The position numbers and the translations under genes are program-made. A stretch of 44,514 bases of DNA from Toensbergia leucococca (taxonomy: Eukaryota). Shown here in pieces: positions 1 through 10,365 of the stretch (position 1 is the stretch's first letter; every line of letters begins with the position of its first letter). Below the pieces are notes generated by a model. That model ran no database searches, was not told the DNA's origin, and was given only the letters and a program-made list of their open reading frames with translations. Where the stretch lies: assembly GCA_022813965.1 (NCBI GenBank), contig JALDZS010000189.1, positions 1 through 44,514 on the forward strand, in the 5' to 3' direction.

Positions 1-1068
1 GTTCCTCGGATCTGTGAGTTTTACTCTCTCTTCCATCTCTGGCGTAAAATGGATACCAATAACGTACCAAATAGGTGGGTTTTCTCTTCTTTGATGCCTG
101 CCTCGGAGCAAGCCGGCCATCAAGTCTACAATCCTACAAAATCATCCACAGCCAAGAAGTTGAGTGGAGAAACGTGGAACATAGCATACGGCGATAACAG
201 TGGGGCTAGTGGCATTGTCTTTACTGATGTAGTCAACGTCGGTGGCACAAAGGTGTTGTCGCAGGCAGTCGAGGCAGCGACACAGGTTAGTTCGCAATTC
301 GCGGCTGATACTCAGAACGATGGCCTGCTTGGTTTAGCGTTCAACTCGATCAACACAGGCAAGTTCCCAGCGGAGCGGTCTGACCAATACCTAATTAGCT
401 AATCCGGTACAGTATCACCTATGCAACAGCAGACCTTTTTCTCCAATGCCATCCCTACCCTGGCATCCCCTATCTTCACCGCAAACCTGAAGAAAGGTGC
501 CCCGGGAAGCTACGATTTTGGTTACGTTGACAAGACTCAATATACCGGCTCCATCACCTACGTTCCCGTGAACACTGCCAATGGCTTCTGGGAATTTAAC
601 GGCAACGGGTATGCCGTGGGCAGTGGGACTTTCAAGTCCGAGGCAATTGATGCTATTGCTGACACGGGCACCACGCTCCTGCTTCTTCCTCAGGACGTTG
701 TCACGGCCTACTATGCCAAAGTAAGTGGCGCGAAGAACAGCAACTACTACGGGGGCTACGTCTATCCTTGCGCAACCGTACTACCGAGCATTACTCTCGG
801 TATCGGATCATACAAGGCTGTCGTTCCAGGTTCCTACATCAACTATGCTCCCGTCACAACCGGCAGTAGCAGTGAGTATTTTGCCACATCCTCACGCCTC
901 AAAAGAAATACTGACACGCGTTTCTTCGTTCTAGCTTGCTTCGGTGGAATCCAATCCAATGCCGGTATTGGCTTCTCCATCTACGGGGATATTTTCCTCA
1001 AGTCGCAATTTGTCGTTTTCAACGGAGCATCCACGCCACAGATTGGCTTCGCCGCCAAACCCACTTAG
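1..1068 (+). CDS. Secreted aspartic protease (pepsin family A1, aspergillopepsin/penicillopepsin-like), 5'-truncated by the window edge. Exons <1-13, 75-358, 413-871, 935-1068
   Basis: The spliced translation gives SSDLWVFS (just after the first DTG motif), [18 protein letters not shown], the second catalytic [10 protein letters not shown], and CFGGIQS...[14 protein letters not shown]...IGFA. Introns 14-74 (GT-AG), 359-412 (GC-AG) and 872-934 (GT-AG) restore the frame. Confidence 0.95.
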
Positions 1069-1069
1069 A

Positions 1070-2200
1070 AGAATCTTTTGACACCTATTTTTTTTTTGCT
1101 TTTTGAGGGGTGTATGGCTGCTACCAACCGTGCATGGGGAGGGTTAAATTTCAAGCCCAGCAGATTTTTTAAATTATCTGAGATGGAAACAGGAATTGTG
1201 TTGGATCATGGAGGGAAACGGCGCATCTTTAACAAACACTTGATAATAATCGTAATATTTCTCTTTTTGACTCTTGTATACATACCTTGCTTTTCAAATA
1301 CACAGATGGAAAAACTACGAACGCGCATACCATCACTTTTCTAATTTCAGATAAAAGAAAACTCCCACCTGATTCAAATCCCAACCCTTCATATCACATA
1401 CATAAACCCTTCCACCTCTTCCTTTTTCCTCAAACCATATGTTCCGCCTTTTCACAAATCATGTCATACATCCCCTTCCCTTCCCTTCCCTTCCCTTCCC
1501 TTCCTTCTATTAACCCTAAGAACACAGGATATGAACTCCTCACCATATCTATATCTTGGCAACCCCGCCCCCCTCTGATGTTTTTTCTTTGTTTTATAAA
1601 AAAAAAAAAAAGAAAAAAAAAGAGGTAAAAAAAAGTCATGGTCAGGAAATCCCCCTACTAGGGACGGATGAGTCTTGTGAAAGATAAAAAGAGTAGAGTA
1701 GAATAAAGTAGAATTGAATAGAATAGAACAGAGCAGACCATCAAGCAAATCATCCCCAGAAATCCACCACCTCCTCCCCACAAACACAAAAACAAATACC
1801 AAAAAAAAAAAAACCTCCAACACACCCCCCTCAAAAAACCCAACTACATTCACAAGACCCTCATGGGTATCATGCATCCCCCTTCCAGTACCAAACAGAC
1901 AAACCAACATCCATCATCACGATAACAAAAAACGAGGAGAGTCTACACTCTCAAAAGCTTTCTTTTTCCAACAAGAGGACAAGGGTTTTGATCTATAAAA
2001 CGATGCTATCAAGAAAGCCACACACTACCCTCTCACTAACCCCCCCCCCACATCACCATCCCTCGATGCCATATCCATCATCAAATCTCCACAAACCACC
2101 TTCCCACATCTACCTTTGGCACGGGTGAAACACCAAACCACTCCAGTAACAACAGACCCCACAAATATAATGTTATAATGTTATAACATCTATCTTTTCG
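1070..2200. repeat. Low-complexity intergenic island: (CCCTT)n near 1472-1505, poly-A near 1598-1635, (AGTAG/AATAG)n near 1692-1728, C/A-rich tracts, TATAATGT repeats near 2166-2187
   Basis: Microsatellites and homopolymers are directly visible. The ORFs called here are compositional artefacts. Confidence 0.85.
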
Positions 2201-2244
2201 CTTTACCTCACGCCTCTCGAGACCACCAAAGTGGCACATACCCC

Positions 2245-4758
2245 TTAAAGCTCATCGACTCCTTTACCGCCACTGGACCGTTGTGCCGTCAAAGACTTCT
2301 GACGTTCCAAACGACCCTGCCAACCGAGTGATTTCTGTTCCCCAATAACCTTCTCCGCACCTTGCCCATTGCTTGCTGCCTTGTTACCAAATAATTCCCT
2401 CCCAACCACAACCCAATCCCTCACAACAGCAGTCCCATTCTTCACCATATCATATTCCCATGGCTCACACGTTGCTTGTGGATTGAGGATATAGCACATA
2501 CTCACCGGCTTCTCTCCAACCTTGCTCTTGATATGCCACGTATCCCCCGGACCCACAGTGCTGAGTTCATCCGTCAATGGCAGTAAGCCAGTGGAAATAT
2601 CTCGGTTAGACATTGCCCGCATGAAAATACGATAGCTCGTTTCGGGCTGATAAGCTGGCACCATATGCCCCGCCTGATAGACGCGAGAGAAAGAAAGATT
2701 ACCAAATTGACGGACCTGTCCACCGATGTAGGAGACATTCACAACGATGGGAGTATATCCTGCTGCGGCGAATGAGGCATTGTTAGGGTAAGGGATAGCT
2801 AGGGAAGCGCGTTCCCCGCCGATCCAATTGCAGGCGTAGTCGCGGTCACCATACAAAAGGGCGACTTTAATGCCGCGAGAGAGAGCGGAGGCAATGGCGG
2901 TGAGGAGGCCGCCTTTGGGATGATCTCCTGTCGCCGAGAAGCCTTCGTTGGTAGTCATGGAGCTGTCGCTATAGTTTACGGGGACGCCGAGGGCCGCTTG
3001 GACCCAGTGTTGATTGAGGTATCCCGCGTAGAAGGGTGGAGGAAAGGGGTCATGGCGTTGATGTGCGACGTCGAACCAACCGCCCTATGTAGAAGAGATA
3101 TTGAGCATGGAGCAGGAGAGAGAGTAGTATTTGCGCTTACATCGGTGAAGTTGAGATAGCGCCCTGTAAGAGCTCGTCTGGAACATCTGTCGGCCTCAAT
3201 GCAAGCCCTGTTGACTTTCTCGATGTCACCAATCTCATGAGGATCGCTCTTGGAAACCAGTTCGCGACAATAGAGTGTTAGATCCTTACAGCCGCCAGGC
3301 CGGTTGTAATCATGGAAGCTAGCTTCGTAGAGGGACTGATTCAAGAGCTGTATACCGTAAGTATTGTTATAAGCCATGTCGGCATAGGCAACATCTTGAC
3401 ATATATTATCAATGCAGCCTTTGTAGTCTTAGTATAAACGCTTCTAGTTCAAGTATAAACAACCCTTACCGTTGATGATGCCAAGGGTATCGAGATGAAG
3501 GTAGTGAGTACCTGGCCCCTTCAATATCCCATCTGTAATCTTGTCGTTCTGTTGTTCAAAATATTCCGTGAAGAACGGACCATATTTTCCACCATACTAG
3601 GAGCCCAAATTCAGTGAGACCCTTGTATTAGGTGGATGTCTTGATGATAGCCTCACCGACTCGGTCCAGATACTAATCTTCTCATCATGGGGTTTGTAGT
3701 ATGGAAATTCCTCAAACCATGTCTGAGAAAAGTGCCATAATGCTGTTGCCGCATGCAAAGTTGAGTTTGCAATTGACGTATTGATTTGACTGGCGAATGT
3801 ACCCACATATAGGGTATTATTTTGATCCGGTACACCTTCTAAGAAATCCGATATCTCGATCTTGCCACTCCACTCATCACCCCCAGCTTGATTCAAAGTC
3901 CCATTCGCAAGAACATCGTAAGAGAAGCCCACTTGAACAGGCTGATCGATGTAAAGCATGTTGACTTCGTTGTTCCAAGACCAAGGATTGATATACGTGC
4001 TGTTGGAGTCCTCGTTGACAGAACAAGGGCCATTCTCAGCCAGAAGGCCTACCATTGAAGACGCTCCAGGACCACCGTTCATCTAAGTGCCAATCAGCAA
4101 AGAAAATGTTTTGGCAGTTGATCTTTGCATTAACCCAAATTGCTAGAGGGGCGTCGATGGGGTCTTTGCGGGCTTCGAAAAACCAGAAGAAGCTGGAAAT
4201 TGGTTACTTGTTGTCTTTCTTGCACGGTATTGACTGGATTACGTATTGATGGGATAATTCTGTGCCTCGCCAACTTCATTCAAGGAATTCGGAGGTAAGT
4301 GAACATAACCACTATAGGATCGGACACCCTTAGTAGTCTCGCAGATACCAGGCTAAGATCAACACACAGTCAGCCACTCATACATAGTAATTGAAAGAAC
4401 CAATGACTTGAGGTGTGAAAAGCGAGTTGAAAAAGCCATAGATTCGGTTCTGAGGCTGGATGAGGGCATGGGTACAAGACATGAAATACTTGAAATATGC
4501 TCTATGGCTCATCGAGGGTTATGATTGCCACTACATGTCAATCATAGACCATGTAGATAGGACAATAGAAGAATGAACAGAGGGTCAGGTGGTAGTCGAA
4601 GAGTACCAATATAATAGACGTACTTCTTTGTATGAAATGGTTACATTCTCATGGAACTTTGACTGTAGGATCGTAAGACCTTGGGGCTTGGGAGGAAATT
4701 GAGAGGACACCAGGTCAACAAGACTAGCATAAGCAAATAAGGCGATGAGAGGATGCAT
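2245..4758 (-). CDS. Secreted serine carboxypeptidase (peptidase S10, carboxypeptidase S1-like). Exons 4758-4624, 4352-4243, 4192-4135, 4082-3657, 3596-3470, 3418-3141, 3084-2245
   Basis: Signal peptide [23 protein letters not shown], then [61 protein letters not shown], nucleophile elbow [16 protein letters not shown] (catalytic Asp) and AGHMVP (catalytic His). All six GT-AG introns keep the frame. Confidence 0.95.
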
Positions 4759-5387
4759 TGCCAAAGACGATAAGAAGAAATATAAGCCAAGTTGATCTTT
4801 ATCGAATACTCTGCTGCACGATTGGGGATGAAGAAAGGGTGAAAGGGTAGCCGAGCAACGGACTGCAAAGGTGCAATATATATATGAGTAAGATAGAGAC
4901 AAAAGAGAAGAGCAGTTGTAGAAAGTCAGAGTCGTCGTATGGCAATTACGACTATCACGCAGTCCAACTACCCGTTACGGAAGGTGTTGTCTACCCCTGC
5001 CGCTCGAGCCGCGTTTGTCTGCGCCCCTGCGTATATCTCAGCATTCTGCGTAATTTGAAAGCCGCTTCTCATCTTTCATTTACCTTACCGAGCATTAATG
5101 CAGGCCTTTACTCTTAGAGAACGAGCTATTCAACGTCTTGGTGATAATGGTGATAATGTTCCTATAAACTGAAATATTTGCCCTCGTATCAATAGTGTCC
5201 TGGCACTCTTGAAACAGCACATGTTTTCTGTGTTGATTTGATTATATACCGCCAGCGATGCCTGAAGTATGATGTCTTCTTTCTAAACGCAGAACCTGAA
5301 TGTGTGCCAATCTCATTCTTTTGAAAAGCATCTTACCTTTTGCCATCCGCCATTGATAAGTGAAGCAAGAAATCTAGGCACTATGAC

Positions 5388-6506
5388 TTAAATGTTTTGG
5401 AGAATATCAGGTTGAATTGCCTCAAGTTTCTGTGACAGCTCTGACCACACACTCTTTTGAGTCTTTGCACCATCATCACTTGAGACCAACGTAGCTGGCC
5501 TATGGTCATAACTTGATTAGTAGTGCCCCAAAGTCGTGTAAGTCAGAATGTGTTGGACTTACTTTTCGACATGGCAATCAGCCATGTATTGCCCATGCGT
5601 CTCCTCTCCTCCCTCGATCCCTGCCACCAGCGTCCTACTTCCTACTTCGGTTGACCGTGCCAGAAAGAACTTCGCTACAGTCATCATGGCTGCTTCGATG
5701 CCCGTGGATTCACGTAAGACATCGGAGTAACAGGCACCCGGCGTCATACAATTGACAATGACCTTGGGACGCGAGGATTCGCTGATCAGACGAGCGAGTT
5801 CGCGTACGCTGAAGATCTGAAGGAGCTTGGAGAGGCCGTACCTGTGGGTGGGGAAATGACGAGATATCAGTCTATGGGAAGAGGCCATCTGAAAAAGATA
5901 GGCAGCTTACCTGTCAGGCATATCTGCCGTATCTTTACTGCTTATAGTCTCAAAGATATTTTCAGCGTTCCTCTCAGGAAACTTTGCCATGATATGGAGA
6001 TCTGACGAAACAATCGAAAGGCGAGGATGAACATTGAACTTCGTCGCCGTTTCTCGTAATTTGGGAAGGACCAATAAGGCCAGAAGAAAAGTGCTGATCA
6101 CATTGGTCGTGATAGTCGACTCGTTGCCCTCTGTAATTGAATACCGCGCTGTGAAGATGCCTGCATTTTCCAGAACAGCGTCAAGTCTTCTCAAGCCTTC
6201 AGTTCTCTTGACGAATTGCTTGACCGACTCGTAGCTTGATAGATCCAGCTGCCAGACTTCAACAGTGTTTGGTCTCTTTGTGGATGCCTCGATGGATTGC
6301 TTGGCCGTTTCGCCTTTGTCAAGGTTTCGCACTGCTAGAATGACCTTTTCAGCATTCAGACGGGTGAAATGGCGTGCAGCTTCAAGACCGAGACCGGTGT
6401 TGGCTCCAGTGACAATGATAGTGTGGCCAGTGAAGTCTTTCTTGGGGTAGGGAGGAGTGACGAAGAGTTGACGATAGAGGAACTCAAGGGTGTATGACAA
6501 GGCCAT
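5388..6506 (-). CDS. Short-chain dehydrogenase/reductase (retinol dehydrogenase/WWOX-like). Exons 6506-5911, 5841-5563, 5499-5388
   Basis: TGANTGLG Rossmann motif, LDLSSYESV, ENAG, catalytic YGLSK, NCMTPG and C-terminal QKSVWSELSQKLE. Introns 5910-5842 and 5562-5500 are canonical. Confidence 0.93.
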
Positions 6507-8443
6507 ATTGAACTATGTCGAGGAGAATTTGTCGGAGACAATGACCTCGAGGAGGCAGTACAAGGCTTTATATGGTCCATGGCTGATTGTCACTTAATGT
6601 TTGGAATAGGTACGGATAGGTACGAGTACGGGGAGGTTTCACTCGGGGCTTCGGGGGTTCGATACTCTATCAGCTAGGATAAATCCGCACGGACGAATCT
6701 CGCCCGGACTTCAGTCACTAGCTTGGGATTTTGCTCGGCTTAGAATTGATATCTTGATTCATCAGCAGCAGGCATCACAATCCTCAATTACACTGGTGGG
6801 TTCGGGGTGATGATGTAGGTACTGCTACCTTGTTGCGTGGTCTATTCCATTTCTTCCCCTTTCCCTCTTGTCTAGCTCGAATTACCCTACTTTAGCTTTG
6901 TTGTGCCATGAAAGAGCCTATATTCTATCGACTGTATCCGTTCCTCGAAAAGGTACCTTGGTCCCTCACAGATCATGACCAAGCACCAAGCCTCGTTGAT
7001 TATTTACCCCCGCTCAGAGGAACCATAGCTTCCCTGTACGCGAAGTCTTCAGCTTCGAGATGGAAATGGAGATCAAGATAGTTCAATGAACAGTATCTTC
7101 TATTCAAATTGAACGGTGCTGCACAAATTTCTTTTCTTTTGATGAGATTAGAAAGACCTATTCTAAGTACGGGTGGTGCTCAGCGCAACTGCTATAAGAT
7201 TGCAACTCAACAGCTCTCGAAAGGTACCCTTGTTTCAATCATAGCTCATTGGTATGACATAATAAAACGCATTGGCAGTTCTCTATTAGATTTCGCAATT
7301 GCTCTGTTACACCCTGGATTTCCTCCGAATTCACTTCGTGATGGATGTTTGTTCTTGTCGCTGTTTCTCACGTCAGGAAGGAGAATGTTAATCTCAGCGT
7401 TGCTAGCGTGATTGACGCCAATCAGAAGCTGGAGATCGGAGCCTCACCTAATCGAATTCTGCGGTCTCGACGTAAGGTCTCGAGTCCAAAGCTTCTTCCG
7501 AGTAGGGATGGGACGAGAGCCGTCTTGGCATTTGCAATCTTCACGATCGAATATAGGAATGAGGCACGGTCTACTTATCGAGAGTACCGATGGTACGATT
7601 ACAGATACTTCCTTCTTTATGCATCGTTCTCGTGTATCTGGAGTCTAGGAAGACCTTGCAGACTATATCCAGAACTTGGCCGGCTTACATGGTAAAGATT
7701 CGATTTTGGTGATTTATTCATCGTGCGAGCACTTGAGAATATCAAGAACGGTATTAACATTCATCTGAAACACTGGTATCTACTCTTGCTGCGTCTACTA
7801 GCCCATCACACCAACACATCATGTATCTTCAGTAAAATAGAAAGAAACCATCCCTGCGTAAGCCACAGTTACGGTAATAAAGGAGAAGATCACGGATCAC
7901 TCGCACCATTCGATCACTCTAAAAAGAAGTGTATTAATGCTCTCCATGAGTTCGGTTTTAATTACACGTTACCCTCCAAGGATGGAGTCCGCGCCTGTCA
8001 TCTTCGCCACTTGAACTACATGATTTCCTTTCGGTGTAAATGTGGTGGGTAAAAGGCAACAATTACTTCAATGCAGGCTTCATCTTCCTGGAAACAAGGG
8101 TATTGCCGCCAGTTATCTTGGCATTGCCTAAGATATCTTCCAGTCTTTATTCGGTCATAACAGGTCTTCTGCAATTTATTCTCTCGGCCCAACTTTAACA
8201 TTCAGTCTCTCACGCAGGCCTCATTCACCCCTCAGACTAGGTAAATAGTTTACCAGATTTCTATTCACTTTCCAAGAGCATGCCTGGGTGTAGGTGCTTT
8301 TGTTTCTTACATTAATCTTCCATCTCTTTGGTTGACTTACATCTGATCCCGACAATCCTGTCATGACGAAGTTTTTCAGTCTCCTTGAAGTGTTGCAAAC
8401 TTTGAGACCCTTAAGCGTCAAGAAGCCATTTACTACAGACATC

Positions 8444-9030
8444 ATGATCCCATTCTTGATGCTTATTGGCATGCTCATGCTTGGTGATGCTGTCTACACT
8501 ATTCCAAAGGCAGCTCTTTCAGTTCAATTTCGCTCAAGCCCGAGACTAAGCACCAACAGAACGGCACCAACGTCAACATTGCAGAATGGAAGCTCCATCC
8601 TAATGGCACTATCCATCTCGGCGAAGACGGCGTCCTGCGGTCCCACGACGACAAAGGCACAGTCCTAAACTACGCCCTACTAAGTCCTGATCAGATCAAG
8701 CAGCTAGTCGCCTCCCATCACCACAACCACACCTTTTGGTCGGACCACTACAGAGGTGCCGATGGCCGCAACGTCACCGACCCCAACCAACTCACCGGTG
8801 CATACATGATCCCTCGACCAACCCCCACCTCCAAACCCATTACTCGTAGAGCGTACGACCCAAAGAGGCTCCCGGCCCCAGAACAACCGCCCCCAAAGAC
8901 GAGCCATCCCCAGGATTGCGGCAAAACAGACTGCATCGGCAATGCTCAATGCCATGCCTGCATTTGCGGCGACTGCATCAACTTTGCCGGCTCGTACATG
9001 GGCTTGTGCAATGACCCTGCGCCGAGTTAG
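8444..9030 (+). CDS. Small secreted precursor (~178 aa) of unknown function: signal peptide, pro-region and C-terminal Cys-rich peptide. Probable exons 8444-8509 and 8560-9030
   Basis: Hydrophobic N-terminus MIPFLMLIGMLMLGDA. A CTAAG branch and CAG acceptor at 8559 lead into a stop-free frame NGTNVNIAEWKLHPNGTIHLGEDGVLRSHDDKGTVLNYALLSPDQIKQL...GADGRNVTD...RR...KR...CGKTDCIGNAQCHACICGDC...C. The donor position is uncertain (GC at 8510, or weak GT at 8492/8522; all phase 0). Confidence 0.75.
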
Positions 9031-9639
9031 CACTGCTCCGCTCCCTTTCATCAGTATACTAGTCATCTTTGCTAACCCCACTCTCGTTCTCAAGTTAAAT
9101 TGGCGCCTTATCTTCGACCTGGAGAGCTCATCTTTTAATCAAGAGAATTTTTTTCCCTTGTGGGCAATAAGGGGGTGCTGGCGGCTACCTTATGTGGGAG
9201 GTACGCCGTGTGGAGAGTTGGCTCTGAAGACTGGTTCTGCCATGGGCAACGTTTGAGATGAAAGGCAGTAGCTGATGGGAATTTCAGAATCGAGGTAAAT
9301 GGCTTACGAATCACCAAAAGCTTTTAAAGTATTAACGCGAGAGAGAGATTTTTTTTACAAGCAAGAAGCATCGCAGATTCAGGTCCCTTTTTCTCCACTC
9401 TAAAACGCCCAAGCTCACCATCTCTGCCATCACTAACTAGCTGCCACAATCTTACTCGTGATGTCCAGATGTCTGTCACGTCCTTTGGTGGTGGCCTTGG
9501 CCAAGGGAGGTAGCGGACATCATCCCTCCCCCCCCCCTGACTCTCACTCAAACCCCGGAAAATTGCTCTCCTATTCTATGTTCACATAGTTCCATTGTCC
9601 CTAAATGACATAGCCATTGAAACCCATACTCTGATACAT

Positions 9640-10140
9640 GATACAAACAAGAAGGGGGAAGAGGTAGAGGTTGGTTAAATCCCGGTCCTTTTTTCTCTTT
9701 CCCAAAGTATTTTCAGGGGGTAATGGAAGAGGTGGAGTGGGAGGTAAGGTAGGATACTAGTATTTTATTTTAGGTAGGTAGGTAGATAATCAAACATGAT
9801 TTCTCTCACCTCACGGATCATATGTATAAATCCCATCCCCCTCACCTCCAGGCCACAGGAACCGCCAATAAAAACATCCAGACCAACCCTTCGGCATACA
9901 AATATACAACCACCCCAGCCCCCCCCAAAAAAAACCCAAGTGAAATACTCCTCAATATGAAAAACACATAATCCCCCCAAAACCAATCCTAGCAAAACAA
10001 ATACACCTCAGCATTCCCCCCACTCCCCAACCCCCCCCCAACCTTCTCTCCCCCCCCCCCCAAAAGCCCACCCCGCCTCCCCAACTCCCAAAGCCTCCTC
10101 TCACACCCACCCCCCATCCCTCCCTCCACTCAATCTAGAA
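9640..10140. repeat. Low-complexity island: G-rich tract with (TAGG)n near 9771-9785, then A/C-rich sequence with long poly-C runs (10016-10130)
   Basis: Homopolymers and the tetranucleotide repeat are directly visible. Confidence 0.8.
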
Positions 10141-10146
10141 AAAAAT

Positions 10147-10365
10147 TCAAAGCGATTTGCAATTCCCACAGTACCGATGCTGGCAGCTGGGACACAGCAT
10201 CACGGTGCGAACTTTGGTGCGGCACCAGGGGGTGCAGCATTGCCATGTTGCTGAGTCGCGGCGGTCCCAGGGCGTGGTTGTTGGTGTTGGATGGGTTTGG
10301 AGGGAGAAGGTTGAGTTGGAGGGTACTTGGGATGGGTGGTTGATTGGGAGGTGGGAGGTGGGCAT
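10147..10365 (-). CDS. Small Cys/His-rich putative zinc-ribbon protein (72 aa; upstream exons possible)
   Basis: The C-terminus WQCCTPWC-x8-CPSCQHRYCGNC carries 7 Cys and 1 His in CxxC-like pairs right before the stop. This resembles the W-x-CC...CxxCxHxxCxxC motif of small fungal proteins. Confidence 0.5.
   Translation of the reverse strand: MPTSHLPINHPSQVPSNSTFSLQTHPTPTTTPWDRRDSATWQCCTPWCRTKVRTVMLCPSCQHRYCGNCKSL

Noticed and set aside
1078..1998. Several 60-150 aa ORFs on both strands
   Set aside because: They translate microsatellites and homopolymers (poly-K/F, PFPSL repeats) with no domain signal.
4353..4623. Long (271-nt) first intron of the carboxypeptidase as a possible snoRNA host; small hairpin CTACAT-g-GTC...GAC-ATGTAG near 4531-4556
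   Set aside because: No proper C box/D box pair with a terminal stem and no recognisable rRNA guide. The hairpin is short enough to be chance.
6630..6680. GGTTCGA (T-loop-like) motif suggesting a tRNA
   Set aside because: No cloverleaf, acceptor stem or A-box can be built around it. The same applies to the GTTCGA matches near 25511 and 32844.
7109..8300. Cluster of 60-116 aa ORFs
   Set aside because: No recognisable motifs, and I could not build a consistent exon chain.
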